From Eledone cirrhosa (lineage: Eukaryota): a stretch of DNA of 64,000 nt. The stretch spans positions 303,924,001 through 303,988,000 of the forward strand of contig OZ024743.1 of assembly GCA_964016885.1 (NCBI GenBank), read 5' to 3'. Shown one piece after another: positions 26,475 to 39,911 of this stretch (position 1 is the first letter of the stretch; every line of letters starts with the position of its first letter). Made by a program: the position numbers and the translations under genes. The notes below the pieces were generated by a model. The model did no database searches. It saw nothing but the letters and a program-made list of their open reading frames with translations, and was not told where the DNA came from.

Positions 26475-29400
26475 GGCGACCTACGTAGTAATTCGTATTA
26501 TCGTGAGCTCCGCAAAGGTTTGTTATTTTCAGTTGTTTAAAATTGCCATTTATGGAAAATTTGTATTGTTAACTGTATATAAGTGCACATACATTGTTTT
26601 CTGAAAAGGACACTCAAAAAGATTGGGGCCTTGACCCCAAAGTTTACACTTTTATAATAATCAAAAAAAAAAAAATGTCTTTGAAAAATCATGGCCGACT
26701 CACAGATGAACCCAGTAGCTGCGAGCCTCACACCGACACCATCATTGCAAATATTACTACGTTTGCCAAAACTAAAAATATAAGCAGTAGCAATATTTTA
26801 AATTTGTATCAGGCAGACATTCATTTCCCGCCATTACAAATGACTGGAGGTGTTGAAGCCGCCAACCCCACCACTACCGAGACAACCGGCCCCTCACCAC
26901 CACAGCGACAACAGAAATAAAAGAAAAAAATAAATTATCTCGTGTTATCGAAACGAATTCAGCCAAAGTGAACTCTTCCACACCGAACACCACTGACACC
27001 ACCACCACCACAACTGAAACTAAAATTAACAATAAAAAAATAACGATAACAACAACAGCAACAACAACAATGAGAATAAGTAAAACCACTCTTTCTTTTG
27101 CCAAAGTAGCAAAAAAAGGTGAGAAGCGATCCAGGTAGCTCAGGAGGAATTAGAAGAAGCCAAAAGAATGGTAAAGAAAGATGGGTACAGGGTCAGCCTA
27201 GCCCCCCCCACCCCCACCCCCCACACACACACACACACATACACACCTAATAAAATGGAGCATCAGCGCCTATGCACCGTGTCTTATCAAACAATTAAAA
27301 TAAAATCGCGCCGAGTGATACGGGCATCCGCGTCCCAAATCCAAAAAGCTTTGGGACATGCGTTGGCAAAAAAACCCCACATCAGACGTGGGCAGAAGTA
27401 TGGAACCGTGGACGTGCTCTTTGAAACACCTCAGGAGGCTAGAGAACACACCATGGCCCCATTAAGAAGTGACGACTTCACACTCGTCCCAAGCTATTGT
27501 GGCCAGAGACTCGTAAAGATCAGGGTCACCCACGTTCCACCGGCCATTCCCTGGTTAATAGCTGCCGTCCTCGCCGGCATCGAAGCCAACACCAAGATAA
27601 TCGAAATAGCGAAAGAAAAGCAGGAGAACTGGTCCGGATCTGGGATGGAGCTCCTGATCCAAGCGGACCAAAAAAGCTTTGAGGAGATCCTAGAGGTAAT
27701 AGACCTCACTGACGGCAGCCACCTGACCGTAATTGTCGAAGGCAGAAGGCCTAGGTGTGTCGTTTGTGGTCAAGGAACCCACCTAAGGGCTTTCTGCTCT
27801 CAGGTTAAAAGTTGAGGTCCCCTCTCCTACCTACCCCAGCGACTCAATCATCAACACCACCAGCAGCAGAGATGGCAGCAACAACTGTAGCAGCAACAAC
27901 AGAAGCAACTGTAACAGCAAAAACCCCAGCAACAGTAGCAAAACCAACACCCCCACAACCCAATGCTCCAGAACTAGCTCCAGCGCCTACACCATCCACC
28001 ACGCCACAACCAAAACTAACGCCTGTGGAGGATGTTCCACTCCCCGGCCTATCACAACTGGAGACAGATTGTGATGACGAGGAGTGGGAAACGGTATCAG
28101 GAAAAAAGAAAAAAAGATACCAAAAAATAAAAAAAATGCTCTTCCTTCCCCCTCCAAAAACAAAATACAGAGGGAAACAAATAAACTATCAAACAAAAAA
28201 GTTAGGACAGATATGCCACCATCCACACCAGCATCACCATCATTAACCCCAACACCGCCAGCACCTACACCACAAAAGTAACCAAAAAGCGAAACAGATA
28301 CAAACCCACAAGAAACGCAAACAAAACAAAACAACCAAAACGATACACACTACACAGCATTAAATTTGAACAACAACCAATTATTAGACTACATCCAGCA
28401 CAACACCAGCATCACAGAAAAAGACTACACAACAACCCAAGAGTTCACACCACCTCCACACATACAAATCACTCGCATCACACAGAAAACCTACACTAAA
28501 ACGTACACTAAAACAAAAATTCCCCAAAGACATCGGTGACTTCCGACAAGCACTCTCCAGGAGGATTTATGAGGACATCCTTCCTGAGGAGGCCACAAGC
28601 AGTGAACATTTTGGAGAAACCGTCCTTCCTCTACGAGAAGTAAGGTAAGTGGTCTTTCCCATCTTTTCCACTCCATTTCAACATGACCTCACTCAGAATA
28701 GGCAGCATAAATGCGCGTGGTTTGTGGTCGTCATAGAAGCAGGGCCACCTGCTCAACGACATCAGGTCACTAAACATAGATGTAGTGGCCATCAGCGAGA
28801 CCAGAATCTCCGAAGCACGGGCCTTCGCACCGATCTTCGGCGGCTACGATGTGTACGCATCTCCCAGCCGTCCGGGATCGGTGGGAGGAGTTGCAGTGTT
28901 TTTTCCGAGAGTTTTTGATCTTGCCATACGGGCCATCTTCCTGGACCCAGAAGGTAAGTTGGTGGCGCTGGACGTGACAAGCGGAGACGGGCAAGCTTTC
29001 AGGTTAGTGGCCGTCTATTCCCCGACAGGAGCAGGGCGGGCCTGATTTCTTCCGGCGTATGGATACCTTTCTTGGAACGTCCCGCTCTTTAGTGTTGGTG
29101 GGCGACTTGAACGGGATCTTAGATGCACGCTGGCACAGTGTGGGATTAGTGGATAGGGGAGGAGGGTGCAAGAGCCTCACCAACCTGCTCAGGTGTTTTG
29201 AACTCTCTGACAGGTACCGATTGGATTGCCCGAATGTGCCAATGTGGACTTGGACAAATCGCATAGTGTCATCCAGATCATATCTAGATAGAGTATTTTG
29301 TATGGAAATAGATAGTTCTAGCATAGGCTGTCCACAATTCAAGATATTCAGCTACACGGACCACAAATTCGTGATCTGTCTGCTTGACTTAGATAGGCTT

Positions 29401-32278
29401 CAAAGACGAGGATCCGGCTACAGAGACCGGATTAGCGAACTAGTTAAGCGGGCGTTGACGGGGGCCATCGTCAACAGCAAGTGGTGGTTTGCTCTGAAAA
29501 GAGAAATTAGAATAGAGTCAATTAGGTTTAGTAAGGCTTTAGCAATAGAGAAAAATAGAGCAGAGGGAGAATTAGTTAGAATATTAGACGAGGCGCTTAG
29601 CAATGGCATCGCGACCGACGTACTTGCGGCGAAATTGGCCCTTGACCAATTCTTCAATGCAAAGCACGAAGGCTGCGTTGTCAGGGCTATGGTGCGTGCT
29701 CTCAAACACGAGGGGACAAAATCCGTTCAATGGGCCCGAGTGGCGGAGGCGCGTCGTGGCAACAAAGCCACGATCCGGTCTTTGGTGGACCACTACGGGC
29801 GCATGCTACTCGATCCCGGGAAAATGTGTGAAGCTTTTCAGCGACACTTCGCACAGCTGTTCCGGGGCAGCGGCGGGCCGGATCGAGGGATGGACTTTAG
29901 TGTCTACCTCGACGGACTGCCGCGGCTCTCGGCCACTGAGGTGGAGTGCTGCGAAAAGCCGATAATAGCTGCTGAAGTACGGGGTAAATCGCCTGGTTTG
30001 GATGGTCTGCCCTATGAACTTTACGTACATATGCCAGACTTGTTCGGAGGCCTCTTGGCGGACGTCTACTGCAACTGGCAACAGAACGGGAGCATTCCCA
30101 GCTCTGTGAGCCGAGGAGCGGTGGCGCTGCTGAAAAAGGATCCGAACAAGGGGGATAACATAGATAATTTCAGACCCATAACTCTGCTAAATACAGAGTT
30201 CAAGATTTTGGCCAAGGTGCTAGCAAAGAGGTTGACGCTTGTCGTTGGTGGTCTGGTGGGAGAGGCGTAGCCATGCGCCATTCCCGACATCCATCTAAGA
30301 CAACCTCCACCTCATGCGATACATCGTAGAGAGTGTAGCTAGGGAACCTGGCACGGGTGGGTCCTTGATCAATTTAGATCAGTCGAAAGCTTTCGATAGG
30401 GTCGACCATCGTTACCTGGCAGCAGTCCTGAGGGCGGCTGGCTTTGGGCCCGTCTTCAGAGCGTGGATCTTTGTCATGCACAGCGACATCTGCTCTGTGG
30501 TGAGAGTGAACGGTCACCTTTCGGAACCGTTCAATATCATGCGCTCGGTCCGCCAAGGATGTCCCCTCTCGTGCCTCTTGTACGTATTGACTCTCGAGCA
30601 ATTACTGCACAAACTGGAGACGTTGAGGTGGGTCCCGCGGGAAATAGGATGCGGAAGATCCGTGTCAGGATAAGCGGACGATGTCACCAAAGTGGTGTCG
30701 AACGCAAACGCATCGAGGCGATCGGCACTACACTAAGAGAATACGAAGCGGTGACAGGAGCAATGATCAACCAGGAAAAGTCAGTGGGCCTGCAGCTCGG
30801 CACCTGGAGAGGCAGGTCCATGCCGTCCAACAGCGTCGTCGGGCGCTGGACAGACGGACCGGTTAAATTGCTAGGGGTCTGGTTCGGTCCGGACCTCCAG
30901 ACGGACAAAATCTGGGACGAGGTGACGAGCAGGGTGGCTTCTCTCACCCAGAAATGGGCGGAGAGGAAGCTATCCCTGAAAGGTCGAGCGGAAGTGGCTA
31001 ACGCGTACATCACGTCCATCTTCTACTACCTCCTGACCGTTGTACCTTGTCCTAAGCCCCGCCTGACGCGCTGGAGCGTTTGCTCTTTCGCTTTTAGTGG
31101 AAGGGACGCGCCCCGATGGTCAGGTGGTCCATCTGCTGTCAACACCCGCTACGTGGAAGGCTGGGCATGCCGTGGCTGATGATGCGCAGACACGCGCTCA
31201 TGCTTCGACGCTCCACCTCTTCCTCCACGGTGATCAGGTGTGGTCGCCGTTTGCTAGACACGTCATTACCCATCTCGTCTCCTTGACGGAGCTGCAGTCC
31301 TCGGTCAAGCGAAGACCGAGAGGGAGCGCTTGGAGACTAGAATGTCTTCAGGCGCTCACAGCCCTCGACCAATCGGGCAATGTGATCGGTGGAAACTCCA
31401 CGTTGGCGTTCTATAGAGGATTAGTGGAGGGGAAGAGCGACGACGTACTTGGAGAAACTCTAGGCGTCGACGAAAGTCAACTAGCCAATTTCTTCGGAAG
31501 GGCCTTCTGGCTGGGGCCTATGGTCAACTTCCAGAAATACATGGCCTGGCAGTGCTACCGTGGACCTTTTCCAGTTCGGGATAATCTCTACAGGCAAGCA
31601 GGTGCCGTCAGCCGGGCATGTCCGAGATGCGCGCAGGGTGACGAAACCGTCCTGCACGCACTCGTCCAGTGTCCGAGCATTGCTGACTTGTGGATTTATG
31701 TCGAACACCTGCTGTCACGTGTGGGAAGGATCCAGCTATCAGCTGAGACCATCGTGAGGATTGCCCCGCCCTCTTCCTTTAGCGGGAAGGGCAGGCCGTT
31801 TTTATCTGTGTGGTGGACATGGCGATAGAGATAGTATCGTGGACACGTTTGAAAGGGCTGAAGACGAGCACTTACCTCTTCGGTGATGCTCTGATTAACT
31901 TTTTCAAATTTCATTTGAAAAGGAAAATCAGGGTAGAGATGGAAGTGCTCTCTTCCCAGCATTTTGTTGAAAGATGGGTGAGAGAAGCAAGTATGGCCCG
32001 AGTGAATGGGCCTACTCTGAGTATGTGTCTGTAAATTAAAGGTGCAAAACTGGGAGAGGGCACTTGCCCTGGTGGTCAGTGTCACTGTGGTCTTTTAATG
32101 GGCTTTCTCCACAAATGTCCCTCGGAAGTCTCTCCCCTATTGGGGAATTTTTCATTGTTATTCTTATTACAGCCTCTGTTTTTTTACACGCAGAAATGCC
32201 CAGTTGTACCGTCCTGTATTGGCCTGTACTGTCCTTAATGTCTACTTTATGTAAACCCTTGTGGTTAATAAAGAAAGC
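26475..32278 (+). mobile_element. Tx1-like LINE, near full-length, inactive (copy B, different subfamily from A)
   Basis: ORF1 has VEGRRPRCVVCGQGTHLRAFC. ORF2 has APE/RT motifs (GDLNG, SYLDRV, TDHK, FRPITLLN, SKAFDRVDH, RQGCPLS) and CPRC..ETVLHALVQC. YADD is mutated to stop-ADD at about 30671. AATAAA is at 32267, and both ends are flanked by TTA repeats. Confidence 0.93.

Positions 32279-32309
<31 letters not shown>
32279..32309. repeat. (TTA)n tract between the Tx1-B 3' end and the R4/Dong 3' end
   Basis: Directly visible. Confidence 0.95.
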
Positions 32310-32310
<1 letters not shown>

Positions 32311-35300
32311 AGTTGTATATATCTTGCTGTATGTTCATATGCGTTGTCGCCAAATTACAACCAGTGATCTCAAGAGACAACAAGGTCCGCCATGTTGAAG
32401 AGAGAACATACATACCCACACATGCCTCTTTAGGTGTTTAGACTTGTGATGTACTTTTTATTGACAGAATATTCCTTATTATATGGGTAGTTCCCATTAG
32501 TACTATCTTTTATATTTCTCCTATACGTGTGATTCCTGGGATTTCCGATAAGTAATCATTAGACCCCTTAGGTATCATTCCTAGAGCTCCTACAACCACT
32601 CGTATTGTTTTAGTTATCGACTTCCACATTTTTTCTAATTCCTATCTCCAGGTCTTTATACTTGCTCAATTTTCAAATGTTTTTATAGATACATTCTTGT
32701 CTATTGGAACGGACATATCAATTAGCAGGCATACCCTCTTTTTAAAGTCCTTCAGTATTATATCAGGTCTATTTGCATCTATTTTTCGGTGTGTTTCGAT
32801 GCTAAAGTTCCACAAGATTGAGATGTCATTTTTTTCAAGTACAGGAGGTGGTTGAGCTTCCCACCAATTCTTTTGATGGGGAAGGTCAAAATGCTTACAC
32901 ATTATCCAATGTATGTATTGTGCAGCTCTGTCGTGCCTGTTTAGGTATTCGGTTGGAGCTATAGAACTGCACATTGAAATTATATGGCCAATGGTCTCTG
33001 GTTGTTTTTTACATACACGGCATAATGGGTTGCATCCATTTTTTAATATGTTGGCTTGGTAATTTTTTGTTGGCAGACACGCACTTGTGCTGATATAATC
33101 AGTCCTTGAATCTCTGATTTCAGTCCATTGGATGCCAACCACTTACGTGTTAACATTTTGTCAATATCAGGATCGTTAACTCTTTCTGGGTATTATCCAT
33201 ACAAAGGCTTTTCTTGCCATTTCTTAGCCAGTTACTTCTTTCCAGTTACTTTTACTTGCTTTGCTTTTACAGTGTGTTTTCATTTCAGCAGTAAATGGAA
33301 CTTCTGAAATGTGTAGTTCATTACTGTATCTTTTGTAATGGAGTATGATCCTTTGAAGCGCTCATGCTTCAAAACGACTTTCATCATCCAATCATGTGAT
33401 TCCATAAGATATGTAGATAATCCAATTGTTGCAGTTTTCAAAGTAATGTCTAACTGGATTAATCCACGTCCTACTTCTTTCCTAGGGAGATATATTCTAT
33501 CTGTATCTGCCTTAGGGTGATGCATTCTGTGCATGGTTAAGAATTTTCTATTTTTTGTATCGATCCTACGGATCTCTGTGCTTGACCAGTTGATGACATT
33601 GAAATTGTAGGTTACTACTGTTATGGCAAGCGTGTTTTTGGCATTGATCCTATTCCTTGCATTCAATTCCGTTCTTAAGTTTGCTCTTACTCTGCGGTAA
33701 CATTCCTTCCTTATCCTTTCCCTCATTGTCGAGTGCTTGGTTCACAGACACCTAGATATTTGTAAGTTTCCTCTTGATCAAGTTCTCTTATCACATTTCC
33801 CCGATCAAGATTAATGACTGAACTTTTCAGCAGCTTTCATATGATTAACGTGGCTTTGGCGCATTTGTCTAGTTCAATATCCATTTTAATATCATCACTG
33901 AACTGCTCCACAGTGGATAAGAGCCCTTGGAATTGTTCATCATTTTTTGCAAATAGTTTCAGGTCATCCATGTAGAACAAGTGATTAATGGTTTTGTCAT
34001 GGACTTTATATCCATGTTTTGTTTCATTGAGCATTTTACATAATGGTATAAGTCGGATGCAGAATAAAAGCGGTGATAAAGAGTCACCCTGAAAAATTCC
34101 ACAATTAATATTAACTTCTCTAGCTTCAGGTGATTTTTTTTTCACTATTCAAAACGAGTGTCGTTTTCCAAGTCTTCATACTGAATGACAACGGTTATTT
34201 TGAAAATTTCCAAACACTTTTCAATCCAACTGTGTGGCAAATTATCGAATGCTTTTATGTAATCTATCCAAGTAATTGATATATTTTTTTGCCTATTATG
34301 ACAATCTTGCAGTACCATTTTATTAACAAAAAGCTGATCCTTACAGCCATATGAGTCTCGTTTACACCTTTTTTGCTCATTGGGAAATAGATCATTTGTT
34401 CGTTAACTAGCCATAATGGTATCATTTCTTGCTCCTTAACCATTTTATTGTCAAGTTGGGCTAACAACTCATGAGACTCTGTGAAGGCGTTTTGTATTTT
34501 GTCTTTCCCTGGTGATTTCCATTTGCTGAATTTTCTTAGAGCTAAACGCTGATGTTCAACTGTTATATTTTCCCATGTTTGTTCCTCAGAGTGAGCTACA
34601 TCTTTCATTTGTCTATCTATCCATGGGGCATGTATATTATGAACTTTTTCTTCAGCCCAGATCTTTTCCCAGAATTCTTGCACTTCCTCCTTGGGTGGTA
34701 TTGATTTAGCAGTTATTGTTGCTTGCCAATATTTCTGTAGAAATTTCTATGGTTGTTTATGAACATATTATTGTCCTTATAGAATCTAGATCGTTTTTGA
34801 AACCGCCTTATACGAGCAGCTTTGGCCGACACTTTTTGCTTGATTATTTCTATCAGCATTTCTATGTGACTTGTTGATTTTATACTGTATTTTCTTTTCA
34901 ATTTTTAAGTTTAGTTTGCTTAACATGTTCACCTACTTTGTAGTTTGTTAAAATGTCTATGTCAGATAGGAGAAGGTTTATTTGGCGATTGATGTTCTCT
35001 TGCCAAGTAGTTTTTTTGTGGAGATTCCTTTGTGTTTTCATTTTCACTCCAGATAAGTGAGTGGTGACTTTAGCCGATGCATAATAGAGATGATTTAGAT
35101 AAGGTAATGTTTAGTTTATTTGTGATGATAATATTTTTGAGAATTATGTTAGTTTGTGTATTATCCCATGGTTTTGTTTGGAGTTCTGAGTCTTAGGGTG
35201 AATGTCTCGTTCCCCCATGTCAGATTCTTTCATTTTCATCAATTCGATCATAATTTCATTCTTCAAATCGACGAGTTCATTTTAATTCATTTCTTTATCA

Positions 35301-36072
35301 TTGACGATCTCATTGTTTTCATTTTGAAATTCATCTTGAGCATGCACTCCTTCTATTTTTTCGATTCTTTCTTTAATTTGTTCTGCTGTCAATGATTCCG
35401 TCCCAACCCTGGGATTTGAAGTATTACACTTTAAATCGTTTTCACTACTACTTGTTTCATTTTCACTTCGCTGTATTTGCGCCAATTGCTTGATCTGATC
35501 AATTTCTATATCAGTTAGTAACATTTTCTTAACAATATTTCTTCATATATTAGCTAGTTTGTTACTGTCAATATAGTCTCTGTTTTCGGGATGTTTCTTT
35601 TTCCAGTTGATATGCTTCTGATCTATATTCGATTTATTCGATGGGTAGTATATGGCAGTGTAGAAAACCTCAAGGACTTATTTATTGTCTTCCCTTGACC
35701 ATTTTTCTCTCTTTTTTTTTGAATCTCTTGGTGGTGAGCATGAAGGGCCAACATTAGGAGTATTCCGGTTACGGGATGTCCCCAGCTCCGAATTGATAGG
35801 AAGGTTTGAACCATTAGCAGATTTTTCGACCCCAGTCAGGTTCCTCTCTGAGGGACGCGGAACTATTTGACCCGGGAGACGGCCGATTCGGTATGAGATT
35901 TTATCATTTGACATTGGCTTTATTTTGATGCGTTCTATCCTTAACTACCAAGAGGTAATCATTTCGTGTTACCACTCCTAGGACGAGTGTCAACCAAGAC
36001 TAGAGGGGTCGTCCTCCGCTAGAGACAAGGCTATTCGTTGCCGGCCGCAATCCCGGTATTTCTTGGTCACGG
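32310..36072 (-). mobile_element. R4/Dong-like non-LTR retrotransposon (RT plus RLE), near full-length, disrupted
   Basis: Minus-strand ORF pieces read KWSREDNK, WKSPGKDKIQN, GIFQGDSLSPLLFC, HLFYMDDLKLF, RLYLPR-type RIYLPRKEVGRGLIQ, CRVC..ETIGHIISMC, RHD, NRPDII and IDMSVP. Confidence 0.92.
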
Positions 36073-36083
36073 TTTTTTTTTGT

Positions 36084-36112
36084 TTATTATTATTATCATT
36101 ATTATTATTATT
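36084..36112. repeat. (TTA)n tract between the R4/Dong 5' end and the Tx1-C 5' end
   Basis: Directly visible. Confidence 0.95.
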
Positions 36113-37319
36113 GGTCTATTCTGACGTCTTTTTTCTCGCTCCCAGTAAGTCGCATGATTTAACTGTTATAATTATTTGTTGTTTATTTTTTCTTGTTGTG
36201 GAAGGGATATAAGCCCATGGAATTTGCGAAGAGGAAAGTATAATATTTGGGCCTTTTGGCCCAAATATTTGAACAATATTTGAACATTTTACTTTTAAAA
36301 ATAAAAAAAAACGTGGCCGGGCCACGCCTCACGGCAATATATCTGATATCGTGTGACAACGGCGTAAAAGTTGAGAGGAGGGTTAGTGAAATTCATACAA
36401 CAAACACCACCACAAACAACGTGAACAAAGACAACACTGAGAACACTAATTTTGAAAAAATTACCACATCAACTACAACAATAACAGTGTCAACCAAAAT
36501 ACAGACAACAGAAAAAAATGAGAACAAATGCAACAACGATATTAACACCACTAACAAGAAAATAAACAACGACAACAATATAAATTGCACTGAAAACAAC
36601 AACAACGGTGGCACCAAAAACACAACCATCTACAACAGGGATAACAGCAACAACACGAACAACACCGTTCGTAGCAGTAGCAACAGCAACAACAGCAACA
36701 ACAAGAACAGTAGCTGCAGCAATAATGGTGCTGCTGAAAAAAGGGGCTACATCTTTCGCAGGTATGGCCCGAAATATAAAAACAGTGCTAGTCACTGAGG
36801 AGGATATGGCAGTCGCAAGAGCCATGGTGTCGAGAAATTGCTCGGGGTCTGGTTCGGTCCGGACCTCCAGATGGAGAAAAACTGGAGCGAGGTGACGAGC
36901 AGGGTGGCGTCTCTCACGCAGAAATGGGCCTAGAGGAGGCTGTCTCTGAAAGGTCGGGCGGAGGTAGCAAATGTGTGCATAACGTCTGTCATCTGCTACC
37001 GCCTGACCGTCGTACTTTGCCCCCGCCCAACTCTGACCAAAATGGAATGCCTTCTCTTCCACCTTTCGTGGAAGGGACGTGCTCCCATGGTCAGACGATA
37101 TATTTGCTGTCAACACCCGTTGCGTAGAGGACTAGGCATGCCGTGGCTGACGATGCGCAAACATGCGCTGAGACTGCGACACCTCTGGTGCTTCCTTGAC
37201 GGTGAACTGGTGTGGTCGCCGTTTGCCAGACGCGCTTTTCCCCAGCCCTTCTCCTTGACGGAGCTGCAGTGCTGGATCAGGAAAAGACCGAGGGATAGCG
37301 CTTGGAAGCTGGAATGTCT
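36113..37319 (+). mobile_element. Internally deleted Tx1-like LINE (copy C): 5' UTR and Asn/Thr-rich ORF1 start joined at about 36836 to the post-RT part of ORF2
   Basis: The low-complexity ORF1 start plus SFA motif resembles copies A and B. aaattgctcggggtctggttcggtccggacc matches ORF2 at 15385 and 30866. The copy is truncated at 37319. Confidence 0.85.
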
Positions 37320-38671
37320 ATATATAATACAATATAATATAATAGATAATCTCCGGTTAATTTACACAAACAATATAGATGTCACAATAATACTATAATA
37401 ATAATATAATAATATATAATATATAATGGCATGTAAGTTAACAAATCAATTCATATAGAGTTACAGAGTAGGTGAGAAAAAAATATAAATTGTAGAATAC
37501 CCAAAATTATGATGGTACAAAAGTATAAACATCTTACATGATATATAAAATTTAACATATCATAATGGTACATAAAATCATCGGTAAGTAATAAGGATCA
37601 ATAGTACAATAACAACTTCAATACAAAATAATGAACATAATATAATATATAAGTACTTATAATTACAAGGTTGGTAAAGAGACACATATGTGAAGGAGTG
37701 AATAAGGGTCAGACAGAAAATACTATGCACAGTAGTATTAATAAATAAATAAATAAAATCAACCGGAAATTAAAAAACAAAAACAAAAGTATTTACCTAG
37801 GTCTCACATGCAGTTAAGTAAAAACTTAGGAAACAACTCAGATAAATGACTAGAAAACCCTATTTGATAAATTAATATTGAAAATATTTAAAATACCTAA
37901 TAAGGCAATATAATATTAGCTATGGTTTAAGTAATCAAAATTCCTAAACATTAATATTTCACTATAAATATATATATAAAGGAATGAAATATTCTACTAT
38001 CATTTACATAACGATATCTAAAAAACTGACTTAAGCAGAATTATGGTAGGCTAATAGGGACAGAAAAAAAGAAATGTATGTAGGATACAAAGGAGCATAA
38101 AATCATAATCAATATACTGTATTATATAATAGAAAGGAGCATAACAGAGGGGGTGTTAAATATAATCATAATATATTTGAAGGGGTTGGCAATAAGTTTA
38201 TGTGTGCATGGGGGGTCCAAATAAATAAATAAAATAAAATGAAATAAAAGAAAAGAAAATAAAAAAATAAGTAATGGAATATATCAGCTAATGGATACAA
38301 TTTACACTACTAGAACCTTTAGGTTTATAATAAAAGTAAGAATTAGAAATAGCGTGGGGGCAAGAAGAGAATATCTCAGACTTTCTATTAAGTAAGGATT
38401 CACTAGAGAAAATTATAGAGTGTGTCTCAAGGATACAGAGATTACAAAATTTAGTATGTGTAGAAAAGTTATTAGAGCGTGCTACTAAACGGTAGAAGGA
38501 CTAAGGAGGGATGGGGGAAAGAAGGAAATAAAGGAAGCGATAAAAGAATAAAAAGAAGATCTTACGTCTCCCTTGGCGAGCAGGGGTTACCCATTGCAAA
38601 ATCGGCAAGAGGTGTTATAGCCATTAGTCTATCCCCCCCCTCCGGGGGTCATTATGGGGTTTGAGGGCGAA

Positions 38672-38900
38672 TTAAGTCCTACGCAATCTATGTTTACATG
38701 CAGCAACCAGTTCATCTTTCTTGTTTAGGAGTTGGTACGTCGAAAACAGCATTTGTAAAGTTTCCCCCGAGCATAAATTGCACGGACGGCGTCCTCCCGT
38801 GTAAGAATTGACTCTGGACAGTAATCTCCGAGTGAGATCATAGGTGATGTTCTTGTCCTTGAGGTCCCATATGTGGCCCGAAAGTGTAGTGGCGTGACAC
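38672..38900 (-). pseudogene. Penelope-like GIY-YIG endonuclease C-terminal fragment
   Basis: TTLSGHIWDLKDKNITYDL...SY...CNLCSGE...LLNKKDELVAACKH matches the TxLSxHIWxLK..CxLCxxE..LLNKxxE..CxH pattern of PLE endonucleases. Confidence 0.85.
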
Positions 38901-39911
38901 CGGGCCTTCTTCCACCCATCCCTCCTTAGTCCTTCTACCCCAGCTCTTCTTCTTTGTCGGCGTCTTTTCTCGCCCACCCGAGCCTGCCCTTTGGCCCCTT
39001 GTAGCCTCAGTACCACCACCCTCTCCCCTAGTCTATGATAGATTTGGCGGACTCCGCTTTTTATAGCAGCTGGTTTAGACCTAGGATACTTGCCCCCTTT
39101 TTCCGACCGCTCCCACTATTTTCCGTGCCTTCTATATTTCTTAGTGGCACTTATGCCTTATTTTCTCGTTTCAGTTATTCTTTCTTCGCTTTTCTTTTGG
39201 GCGGGGTGGATTCTGAATTTATTTTTTCGTATTCTACCTTTACTTCGTACGAACTTTCATGTAGCTTGTATAAGACCTTTTAGAGTTAGCATTAGTATAT
39301 ATTTTGTTCGGGACGCAGAATTATTATCTCGTACTAGTTTACTTTGCTGCACTGGGTGGTTGCTGGCATTGTGCCCGGGATAGAAACCTTTATTATTTAT
39401 TTCGTTGTATCTCTTTAGTATTTTGGCACCATTTGTTGACCCGTCACCGTATGATTTACCTACTTATACCTCTTAAAAGGGTCCTTGCCTAATCCGTCCC
39501 ACCTAGTTCATTTACTTATTTCGTTATTTCTTTATTTCTTTCTTTACTTCTTTCTTTCTTTCTTTATTTATTTATCTAGCCTAACAATAGCTAGAGACTT
39601 AGGTCCTAGAACTTGCTTTACTTTTTTCTTTACACTTATTCGCTTTTCTTCACTCTCAGTATTTTTTCTTTCATATATATTTTTACCCCTCATTGTTCTA
39701 ACTACCGGTCCGACTTCCTCCCCCTCCCCTCCCCAGTATCTTCTTTGACCTCATGCCCAGCTGTAGCTGGCACTACCAACGCTTGATTGGGTCTACTCCA
39801 CCCCCTCCCCTATTTCTCCTACTGGCAGGTTTAGCCACCATCTCCCCTACTAATTTGCAATCACAGAATTACTACTGACTTTTGACAATCACTTTGACCA
39901 TATATGGAATT

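Noticed and set aside
36247-36352. Resemblance to U2 snRNA (ggccttttggc, atatctgata) or to a histone stem-loop
   Set aside because: The matches are short with the wrong spacing, and there is no branch-site or Sm region. The hairpin does not fit the histone stem-loop consensus.
38560-38670. Possible SECIS downstream of the Penelope endonuclease (ATGA-ccccc-gga-ggggg-GA on the minus strand)
   Set aside because: The helix is far too short and has no apical AA, and there is no in-frame UGA in the visible fragment.
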